Source of the DNA: Amoeboaphelidium occidentale
Taxonomy: Eukaryota
Direction of reading: 5' to 3'
Assembly: GCA_023515795.1 (NCBI GenBank)
Contig: JALGPX010000047.1
Span: forward strand, 62,001-89,476
DNA length: 27,476 bases
Each line of letters opens with the position of its first letter. Within the stretch, counting starts at the first letter, position 1. The position numbers and the translations under genes are program-made. Below, piece by piece: positions 1 through 9,108 of the stretch. Below the pieces are notes generated by a model. It was not told where the DNA came from and did not search any database. It saw only the letters and a program-made list of their open reading frames with translations.

Positions 1-607
1 ATCTTGGGAGGTCTTTTCATCACCCTTTGCATAGGTACCTTTAACCTCAAGATTAACTAAACAATCTTCAGCCTGTGGTTTATACTACGTCGCAGAGTTC
101 GTCGAGGAATTCACTGTGCTCTCAAAGAAGATTATTCAAAGAACGATAGGCGCCGTGCTTCTGCTACACATTCTGCTTCTGTTCGATGGGATGCCGTTCC
201 TACAGATTTCCGTTTCGTTCTGCTGCCATTTGTTTTACACTCTTCTTTTACGAACATTTCCGGTAATTGGTTTGACTGACTTTGCTTTTGTTACGTCGTG
301 CGTTTTGGTCGTTGCGGACCATTTCATGTGGTTCGCTTACTTTACACAGAACAGACGGTTTAGCTTCGCGGAAATTACATGTTTCTTCTTTATCTGCATA
401 TGGCTCGTTCCTTTCCAGTTCTTTATATCTCTATCTGCTGGTGATAATGTTCTTCCGTACGCAAATGTCGTTGTCAGCGCTAAGGGCGAAGGGTTTGGTG
501 ATCATAATAGGAGAAAGGGTTTAAACCTAAAGAATGTTCTAGTCTGGGTTATTGATAAAAAGAATGAACTGCTGCCGTCTAAATCAAGTTCAAACAAGGC
601 ATTCTAA
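1..607 (+). CDS. SVP26: SVP26/TEX261 (Erv26 family) COPII cargo adaptor, 5'-partial; exons <1..34 and 72..607
   Basis: Removing a 37-nt GT-AG intron (35..71) gives ILGGLFITLCIACGLYYVAEFVEEFTVLSKK, matching the family N-terminus. Downstream hydrophobic helices contain DHFMWF and FFICIWLVPFQFFISLSAGDNVLP, typical of Svp26/TEX261. Confidence 0.92.
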
Positions 608-814
608 GTTCTGTTAAAANNNNNNNNNNNNNNNNNNNNNAATGTTCTTCCGTACGCAAATGTCGTTGTCAGCGCTAAGGGCGAAGGGTTTGGTGATCAT
701 AATCGGAGAAAGGGTTTAAACCTAAAGAATGTTCTAGGCTGGGTTATTGATAAAAAGAATGAACTGCTGCCGTCTAAATCAAGTTCAAACAAGGCATTCT
801 AAGTTCTGTTAAAA
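446..814. repeat. Haplotype overlap duplication around N-gap 620-640 (446..619 = 641..814)
   Basis: The two copies are identical except for two SNPs (aatagg/aatcgg; ctagtc/ctaggc) and abut an N-run. Confidence 0.9.
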
Positions 815-838
815 TAAAGCTTTTAAACTATTGGTTTT

Positions 839-2424
839 TTATTCGCTCAAGACTGCCTTAGGAGTTGGCCTTGTTATTGTGTAATAGACATGATATCCAA
901 CAGATTTTTTTCCAGGCTCACCAAGTCTTACTGCTTTCAAAACATAATCAGATTCCGTGAAACCACCTTGAATGTACTTTTCCCTTGCCATATAAACGAA
1001 GGATCTTCGTGTTAACTGAGATAAAGGAGCAGAAATGATGGCTTTGTACTCATCAGGTGTCGTAGCTTTGGTGAATTCAATTGTTTGATCAGCAGGAAGA
1101 TTCTCCTGTTTATCAAAAATGCCATCCAATACGGCTTTAGTTCTTGGNNNNNNNNNNNNNNNNNNNNGGAGCAGAAATGATGGCTTTGTACTCATCAGGT
1201 GTCGTAGCTTTTGTGAATTCAATTGTTTGATCAGCAGGAAGATTCTCCTGTTTATCAAAAATGCCATCCAATACGGCTTTAGTTCTTGGCTCCATGATAT
1301 TCTTCATTTTAATGGTTTCAAGTTCAGCAATGGGAAAGTCCGGAACAGAGTTCTTTACGAAATCAATGTGACCAATGATAACATCCACCGAGGATGCCTT
1401 CAAGTACGCGGTAGTTGGAACAGGCTTCCCATTGTGCTCCAACATTGGTTTGAACAAATTATCTGCTTCATCTTTGACAAATGCTTCCTTTTTGAACAAA
1501 GTATTGAACGTATGATCTTTGAGTTTCGCCTGCTTGACACCCGTAAAACCAGGAGGATTAAACATTTCACAACTAACAAACTGAACATCGAACGCCTTTG
1601 CTTCAGGTCTCCATAACGTCTCAGCATCGATATTGAACAAATAGGAATCGCTCTTGAGGTCGAGTCGTTTTTTAATCGCTGTCTGTTTCTTTGCGATATC
1701 TCCTTTTGCTTCAACCTGAAAGCCTCCAGGGATATCAACACCGGCATCATCAACAATTCCCTTGGAAGCTTTGAAGGGTGCCTCTGGAGTACCGAATATG
1801 GTACCATAANTCAATATTGAACAAATAGGAATCACTCTTGAGGTCGAGTCGTTTTTTAATCGCTGTCTGTTTCTTTGCGATATCTCCTTTTGCTTCAACC
1901 TGGAAACCTCCAGGGATATCAACACCGGCATCATCAACAATTCCCTTGGAAGCTTTGAAGGGTGCCTCTGGAGTACCGAATATGGTACCATAAATATTCT
2001 TTCGTGTTTCAGCATCAAGAAAGCTAGCTTTAATAGAATCAATAGCTCCCGCAGACTCCAATGAAGGCTTAACCGCTTCATCAACAACTTTCTCAGGAGT
2101 TCCTGCACCTGAAAAACAATTATTCTTGTTTCTTTTGTGCAAATGTTGTGCAATAGGAATTACAGACCTGTAATGATCGCATACACATTTGTCCTTCAAA
2201 CAAGCACACGAAGGATCAGAAGAACCAACACTGCATAACTTAACAGCAGCATCTGTTAAATCACAACCAACACATTCACACTTGAAATTTCCTCTTTCTG
2301 CTAGTTGTACTAGGATTGTTTGAACATTGAAACCAGAACTAGAACCAAGAAACATAGACACAGAACGCGCATTGCATTCAATAATAATACCAAATATAAA
2401 AATAATCAAGTTAGTTACCAACAT
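839..2424 (-). CDS. Secreted Cys-rich prepro-protein of unknown family (paralog A), ~419 aa after removing two assembly overlaps
   Basis: ATG at 2424, hydrophobic signal MLVTNLIIFIFGIIIECNA, CEC..C..C..CAC..CVC cluster, HLHKR site. The ORF pieces join in frame once the 142-bp and 184-bp gap overlaps are collapsed (1260 nt). It is homologous along its length to 7856..8995. Confidence 0.85.
1026..1289. repeat. Haplotype overlap duplication around N-gap 1148-1167 (offset 142 bp)
   Basis: 1026..1147 is repeated at 1168..1289 with one SNP (ttggtg/tttgtg). Confidence 0.88.
1627..1993. repeat. Haplotype overlap duplication around N at 1810 (offset 184 bp)
   Basis: 1627..1809 is repeated at 1811..1993 with about 4 SNPs. 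Confidence 0.88.
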
Positions 2425-2551
2425 GGTTTGAAAATATTGAATCGGATTTATGGGTTGGGTATTCAAGAAAGGATCCGAAGCCGTTCCGGTCCAATCAGAA
2501 AATACCTTTCACGCCAAGTTGCGAACTTCCGATTGATGTGCAAGCAGGATC

Positions 2552-2809
2552 CAGTATCCTGCCATCTGTAGAATTTCCCATGAAACTTGATAATGATTTC
2601 GCCGACGCTTTAAAGCGAGTTCGTTTGCAAGGTAGATTAAAGCTTTATATATTCAAGAAAGTCCAAAAGGAGATCAGAACTGGTTCATATTAGTTGTCTA
2701 GTTGAAATAAAATCTATTTTGTGAGATAAATTCATTAGTTGTCATGATTACTTCGAAACAGCAGTCGTCAAAAAATAATCTTATTTCTAAGGATACAGTT
2801 GGGTAGGAA
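2552..2809. other. Empty-site (deletion-allele) junction contig end
   Basis: 2552..2644 equals 2811..2903 and 2631..2809 equals 7197..7375. The two halves overlap in one copy of GGTAGATTAAAGCT (2631..2644), and the block ends at N 2810. Confidence 0.85.
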
Positions 2810-2889
2810 NCAGTATCCTGCCATCTGTAGAATTTCCCATGAAACTTGATAATGATTTCGCCGACGCTTTAAAGCGAGTTCGTTTGCAA

Positions 2890-5800
2890 GGTAGATTAAA
2901 GCTCTCTGAGCAAGCAGATTGACAGCTCGGCAACTCCTTTATCTCAGATTTCAAGCCTTGCGCACCTCGATTGATAACCAGTTTCAACATTCGCGATGGA
3001 TCAACTCACAGAATACAAAGAGCTTAAAGCAGTTCAGTAGAAAATGGGAAACTATAGCGCCCGACTAGACCGAATGGAAGGCGCTGGGATCGCGTTCTGC
3101 TGTTTCTGAAGTAAGTATGCGCTGATTTCGATATTCAGCATTATTCCTTGTCGATTAAAGATTCTGTCATTGAACTTTCAGATCATTTGGCCTTTCCTCC
3201 TGCAGAATACACGTTATCTTCTATTGATGGTTCCCATGCGATGCTGAATGTGATTTACCAACCACTTCCTATAGTTCCCCGTAGCACATCATCGCAAAGA
3301 TCATCAAAACCTCTAAAGAAACAGCGAGTTGACTCCTCTGACGGGAATGAGACGTTTGAAAAACTAATAATTCAACGGGATCAGCACTGCATGATCACTC
3401 GAAAATACAAGTCATTAAGAGCATCTCATATTGTTGTTCCTGCTTAGTGGATAGACCATCCTGATTTGAAGGATATACAACGGGGAGATATCAAAAAAAT
3501 TATAAGTTCTCGTGATGGTGGTGTTGATCATATTACTAACGGGATATTACTTCAGCGATCGCTTTCAGATGCATTTTACCGAGGAGACATTTCGCTTCAG
3601 TTTGTGGATGGGCATTTTTATTTTGTTTCAATTACCCCTGACTATGAATCAATTGATGGAATCAAAGTTGATGAATGCGTTTGTTCTCGCTGGGATGGTA
3701 CTTCTTGGTGGTGTCAAAAAAATAGCCCCAATCCTTATCTGATGGCATTTCATTTGCGAAATAGCGTTTTTGCTCCTTGTCGTGGTGCTTTCGGTTACGA
3801 TGAATGTGATATCGAAGATGTCGAAGAGTATTGAATGAATTAAACTGAGTCCACAAATGAAACAAGTCGAATGGAATCTAAAATTCTAAATTATTGGTCT
3901 TACTATGAGTGATTTAGAGAGTAAGTGAGATTGAAGTCCGGCAATGGAATATTATACTCTGAAACAGTACTTGAGACTGATTGCTACGGGAAACAACACT
4001 TTGATTATAATTAATTGAATTCACTTTATCAGTTTTCGCGATCGGAATCATTGATTGTGTGACTTTTCAGAGTGAGGTTTTATATTCCTGTTCAATCTTC
4101 TCGTGACTTACTAAGAATCGTTGAAATGGACAATATGATCTTCATAGCAACCAACCAGTTCCAAGAAAGCGGCCTGTGAAAACGGAGTAATGCCGTCGAG
4201 AGGGATGATCGTGTGTTGGCGTTCATGGAAGAGGTTGGCTTGTTTGAACCGTTATCGATGGTTGCTATGACGACATCCTCATCTTCTTTGATCAGTGAGA
4301 TCACAGTTCGTGAGAGTTCTGTACCGTCTGAGTGTATCAAGGATTGTTCGTTAGATCAAGGTTGACAACTGCTTATCGATAAGAGTGTACCTTGTGCTTT
4401 ACGACTAGTTGATAATAGAAGTCTTTTACAGAATCCAGAACTTACACAGTCTGCTCGAGGACCAGCCTCTAAACTTTTGAACGCTGCTGACAAACATCCA
4501 AAAGCGATGGTAACGTTGTTGTTAACTCCGTTGCAAACAACAAACCGTTTCAACTCCATTCTCGACAATCATCTGGTTCTTCCACAGCGAAATCTGGCAC
4601 ATAGTCATGACTTCCAAAAAAGCTGCCCTCGATGGTGTTAAAGAACTTATTGATAAGAAGGTTTGGGGTAAAAGGCTTGAATCATCATACAAGTTATCAA
4701 AGGAAGATTACGATAGGGTTGCGAATGCTTACAGGGATCTGGAGACAGAAATATCAGAGATAACTGGCAATAATGCAATTGGTATGCAGAATGAAGGTGT
4801 CGCAAATCCTTCTAAATACCTAAAAACTACTGTTTTGTCGTACTATAGACAGAAACAAAGAAAGGACTCGCTTGACACACCCATTTCCAAAAGGAAAAAA
4901 ACCCATATAGAATCGATCTTAAACAGGCCATCCACTTCTGGATCTTCTTCTATTACGGATCATGTACCTCCAGAAAGTTTGCCTGGTGTTGAAAATTATC
5001 ATGCCGAGACAAACCAGAAAGCTGAGAGTGTAGTTGACATGGATATAGACTCTGAAAATCTTATTGATAAAGACAGTATTAATGCAGACGCAAATGATGC
5101 CAAAGGGAATGTATCAGAAAAGTATGTTAATCTTTGATTATTCTCTGACTAGTTATAGAAACACAGAAATCTTGAAGTCTCCGGCACGCGCCATTAATGA
5201 AGTTCTTCATGATGATGCTACTGTGGACAATTTGGTTGGTCCTCCGAAAAGAGCCGATAGTCAAATATTTACGTCGAAACATTTGACTATTTATGGAAGC
5301 CAGTACAACATTGGAAGGTGCATAGTTCAAAAATGGCTGAAATATGTTCCTGGACTTCTAACTGGTGAATTTGATAACGTTAACCTCATTGTCATGGGGC
5401 CCAGCTCAAGGGATCTCAAATCTCAGTTTGAGGATGATTTTACTGCTTGGAACCGAAAACAGAGGGGAACCTATATTGTCAATCCTGTAATTACAAACAG
5501 CTCCTCTTTATTAAAACTAAGACACGAGTTTTTGGAGAATCTGAATAGTTCCTCGTTAAATGTAATCATTCATGATGAGGCGCATTGGGGAATTGCCAGT
5601 GATTCAAATATTAACTCATTTCTTTTGGATGTTAGTTGTAAAGTGGAAAATGATCCCACAATTGTTTTAGCTATTCTTTTTGTTTCAGCAACAATTGAGG
5701 TGATCACGAAAGTTAACAGATTTCCTGAAAGAACAGTGGATTGGACTGAACTAAAGGAGATGGACCAATTCCAAGCCAAAACTTACAGACACATTGGTGA

Positions 5801-7210
5801 ATTAAATTATGTTTATGATAACAGAACCACAGATATAACTTTGACCGAGGCCTCGACAATTGTGAGAGATGATTATTTAAACTTTTTCAATGGAGGATCA
5901 TCAGACTTTGCTGGTAAACTAATTAGTGATGTTGTGTATGATGACAAATTGTCTATGGCGATGATTAGAATGTCCAACACGGAGGATATGTTAACAGTAG
6001 TTGAAGCCATGAAAACCTGGTTAAAGGACACGGGCTGTTGGGGAAAAGTTTTTGCTTTATACTTAAATTCAGATTCTCTACCATTGTCGGAGCAGTTGAG
6101 ACAACAAGGAATGGAAAAATCAAGCACTTTAAAGTATAAATCTGTTCTTGACTTGAGTAATATCAAATGCTTTCTGTTTGTGATTGAAATGGTTCGTATG
6201 GGACAAAGAATTCCTTCGACTTGCAAATATTATGATGTCCGTAGCAGATATACCTCAAAGAAAGGCATATGGGCAACATATCTTCAAGATGTTGGCCGTT
6301 GCGCTGGACATAATAAGCCACGTGCTACTGTGTTTGTTACTGAAGGATTGGAGTTTCCCAGGTGGGATCAGCTGCTTAAAGAAACAGAGGAGCCTTCAGG
6401 AAGACATCCGGAATCTATAGAGGCCTGCGGAGAGAAAGGAGTTTATAGTAGATTGTTGAAGCATTACACGATTCTTAAAGCTGAACCACAGATTGGTAAA
6501 ACAGGCGCAATTTTGAGTACTCTTGAAATATTACAGAATTCTATCTTTAGAAACGCCAAGGCGAAAAAAGAACAATCATTTCCTAGTTCGTTACTTGTTG
6601 AATTAACCAAATTATATAGCACAATGGCAACTGAGAATCTTCAAGAGTTTATCAAAGTATTTCCAGGAGTATCCTTTCAGTTTTACCACCAAGAAATGAA
6701 AAAATCCAAGCAAGCGTGGATTCCTGATGAACCAAACTTGATTATTTGCCAATGGTTAATTGATAATTTGAAGCCAATAAGCGATAACCAGAAATTGTAT
6801 TTGGCAGATTGTGGTTGCGGTCCTTGCGGTATAACTGATGTCATGCGTAAGGATTTTGCCAATAACGAATTTTGGAAGAACATTGTTGTTTACGGATATG
6901 ATGTTGATCAGGAGATTAAAAAAATGGAATTAGGGCACTCTCCTGAGTTTAGAGGATTTGCTGGAAATATGTGTAGCCAAGAGGAACTAGACAGCTTTCA
7001 TTGTGTGGTGTTTTGTCTTTCTTTGTTTGAGGAGCAGATAACACGACACATAACTTGGGCCAAGAAAAGCTTAAAGATGAATGGTTACTTAATTATTGTA
7101 GACGTTCCAAGGAAATTCGAAGATGAAGAACGAGCACCTATTAAAGGAATTTCGAATCAAGTTGGACCTTTAGTACATGAAAGACAAGTAGCTAAGGGTA
7201 GATTAAAGCT
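2890..7210. repeat. 14-bp direct repeats GGTAGATTAAAGCT (2890..2903 and 7197..7210) bounding a 4307-bp presence/absence segment
   Basis: Exact 14-bp match at both ends, and the junction at 2631..2644 skips the intervening DNA. Confidence 0.85.
3024..3834 (+). pseudogene. Degenerate HNH endonuclease (HNH_2/PF13391 type, as found in Crinkler-like effectors)
   Basis: ORFs 3148..3447 and 3466..3834 are one frame split by TAG at 3445. They read QRDQHCMIT...ASHIVVP...VDHITNGILLQRSLSDAF...PNPYLMAFHL...CRG, the eukaryotic HNH_2 pattern RD..C..T..AHI.P..NG.LL...H..FD. There is a probable 28-nt intron at 3111..3138 and another in-frame TAG at 3066 in the upstream exon. The 5' limit is uncertain. Confidence 0.75.
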
Positions 7211-7259
7211 TTATATATTCAAGAAAGTCCAAAAGGAGATCAGAACTGGTTCATATTAG
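4607..7259 (+). CDS. SF2 helicase-like ATPase (permuted motif order) fused to an RRP8-like class I SAM methyltransferase; join(4607..5121,5159..7259), ~871 aa
   Basis: A 37-nt GTATGT..TAG intron (5122..5158) joins the two ORFs in frame. Helicase motifs: IIHDEAH (5574), FVSAT (5685), MVRMGQRIP, LQDVGR (6285), AEPQIGKTG (GKT 6495). Methyltransferase motifs: FYHQ..W..P (6684), ADCGCG (6807), GYD, VVFCLSL (7011), LKMNGYLIIVDV..KF. Confidence 0.82.
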
Positions 7260-7855
7260 TTGTCTAGTTGAAATAAAATCTATTTTGTGAGATAAATTCA
7301 TTAGTTGTCATGATTACTTCGAAACAGCAGTCGTCAAAAAATAATCTTATTTCTAAGGATACAGTTGGGTAGGAAGATGTGTTGTATGCGTGCTTGGACG
7401 GCAACGGATTTTCTGAACCCTAAGTGACGTTGGCACCACAAGCAGGGTCCCCATCTGAGGAAGGAAGTGACTTGAAGAGTGCCAACAAGTATTCGTTTGT
7501 TAAAGAGGTAGAAGTGCTTAAGGAAAGACTATACTTGAAACGACTGACGTATCGAGAATAAAGCCTGTTACCGAACTTAGAACACAGAGAGTCTTCTCGA
7601 GGACTAGACTATAAACTTTTGGTGGTGATATCCAATAAACTATGAGTTGCGACTCGTCTTAATCTCATCAAGTTCACATTAATCTCGACTCAACCGCTTA
7701 GATTCGATTTCTCACGAATTCCAAATTTAGCTCGCGGAGTTTGAAAATGCGACATTGATCTGCAAAATGTTCGCTCGTGATCACGCGATGCAACCCCGTG
7801 AAACGTGATTTCAACCCGGTTTACAAATTTTGTTCAAAATTCCCATAATCCAAAA

Positions 7856-8995
7856 ATGATATTTCCTTCCTCTTTCCTCTGCTTTGTCGCTACTCTATGC
7901 GCGCTTTCCTCCTTGGCTTCAGCGACTAAAAGCTCAGAATGCTCTAGAACAATCACAATCCAAGTTGATGATCGTATTCAGGAGTGTGAATGTACCAACG
8001 TTTGTGGTTCTCATAACTCTGCATTTTCTTCTTGTTTAAGAAATTCTCAAGATTCCTTTTGTGGCTGTTTGAGGGCTGCCTGTACATGTGAAGATCAAGG
8101 AACAATCATTCCGTTCCCGCGCCACTTATTCAAGAGAGCAAACATTAGATGTCCTAGCGATCAGGTTCGTGCTGAGTTTATGGATCCTATTGCAAGAGAT
8201 ACAGTGTTCAATGCGTTATTTGGCAATTCAAAGGGCATGTACAGCATTGAGGACGTGTCAGTTCAGCAAGGTTCGAAATCAGAGCATGGAAGGTTTCAAG
8301 TGGAAAGTACGGATAAAACGGCAATTAATTTGAAAAAATTAATGAAAAAATGGAAGTTTGATGGCGATTCCAGACTATTCAGGTTCGACCTTCAAAGCAT
8401 CTTTGATCCTGCTCAAGGCAAAATCACGGTTCAATGGATCGTGTTCGAAAAGCTGGCACCAGAAGACTTTCCAGAGGTCTCCGTGACAGCCTACAATGAT
8501 GAAATATTCGGCAAACTCTTTAATAAGAAATTCTTTCAACGTCATGGGAATTCATATCGAGTTAAGCAATCTATTGATGGAAGAGCTGTCACGAAGAATG
8601 ATTATGTTATTCCATCTGCTGTAGACTTGATTGCTTCTCATATTGAGTTTGTCGAGGAAGTTAGAAGCAATTTTAAATTGTCTGAGCTTCAATCTATTGC
8701 GATGAAGAATGTCATGGAACCTCGCACAGAAAAGGTTTTGCTTGAGATTTTAACAAACTCAGAGAATACTCAGTTGCCATTAACAATAACATTCAACGAT
8801 AATCCGGAAGAATATGAAAAACTTATGAAGACCCCACTTTCTGCATTGACCACGAGAACATTCAAGTATTTAACATCAAACAAAAAGATTAAAGGTGGCT
8901 TCGATAACAGTGATTACACTCTTGTTATTGATCAAGATGTTCAGGACGGCATTGGGGGAGGCTACACAATTGTTTACACGATTAACAGACAATAA
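7856..8995 (+). CDS. Secreted Cys-rich prepro-protein of unknown family (paralog B), 379 aa
   Basis: ATG at 7856, signal MIFPSSFLCFVATLCALSSLASA, CEC..C..C..CGC..CTC, HLFKR. It shares GxFQVE, MKN(V/I)MEPRT, PLSxLTxRxF, GGFxxSDYxL and GYxxxYTI with 839..2424. Confidence 0.88.
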   Translation: MIFPSSFLCFVATLCALSSLASATKSSECSRTITIQVDDRIQECECTNVCGSHNSAFSSCLRNSQDSFCGCLRAACTCEDQGTIIPFPRHLFKRANIRCPSDQVRAEFMDPIARDTVFNALFGNSKGMYSIEDVSVQQGSKSEHGRFQVESTDKTAINLKKLMKKWKFDGDSRLFRFDLQSIFDPAQGKITVQWIVFEKLAPEDFPEVSVTAYNDEIFGKLFNKKFFQRHGNSYRVKQSIDGRAVTKNDYVIPSAVDLIASHIEFVEEVRSNFKLSELQSIAMKNVMEPRTEKVLLEILTNSENTQLPLTITFNDNPEEYEKLMKTPLSALTTRTFKYLTSNKKIKGGFDNSDYTLVIDQDVQDGIGGGYTIVYTINRQ

Positions 8996-9108
8996 TTACT
9001 GATTATTAACATAGAACAATAGAGCATATTATTATCTTTGAACTCAAACGTTCTCCTCACGAACAAGCCAACTAAAAACAGAAACACCATCAAATATTTA
9101 TATTGATT

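Noticed and set aside
3445..3447. TAG/TAA-to-Gln recoding (as in Amoeboaphelidium protococcarum) explaining in-frame stops
   Set aside because: The Gln-rich 2581-aa talin has no in-frame TAA/TAG, and SVP26, talin and UTP15 end at TAA/TAG at the expected positions.
2890..7210. Calling the cassette a known transposon
   Set aside because: No transposase, recombinase, Rep/HUH domain, LTRs or terminal inverted repeats are visible, and the right repeat is inside a CDS.
6660..7259. Annotating the gene as housekeeping RRP8
   Set aside because: It lacks the Rrp8 N-terminal RFRxxNExLY motif, is fused to a helicase, and is absent from one allele.
7376..7800. Short inverted repeats (GTTGGCAC/GTGCCAAC; palindrome CGTGATCACG) and broken reading frames in the intergenic region
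   Set aside because: They are too short to exceed chance and show no recognisable RNA gene or domain.
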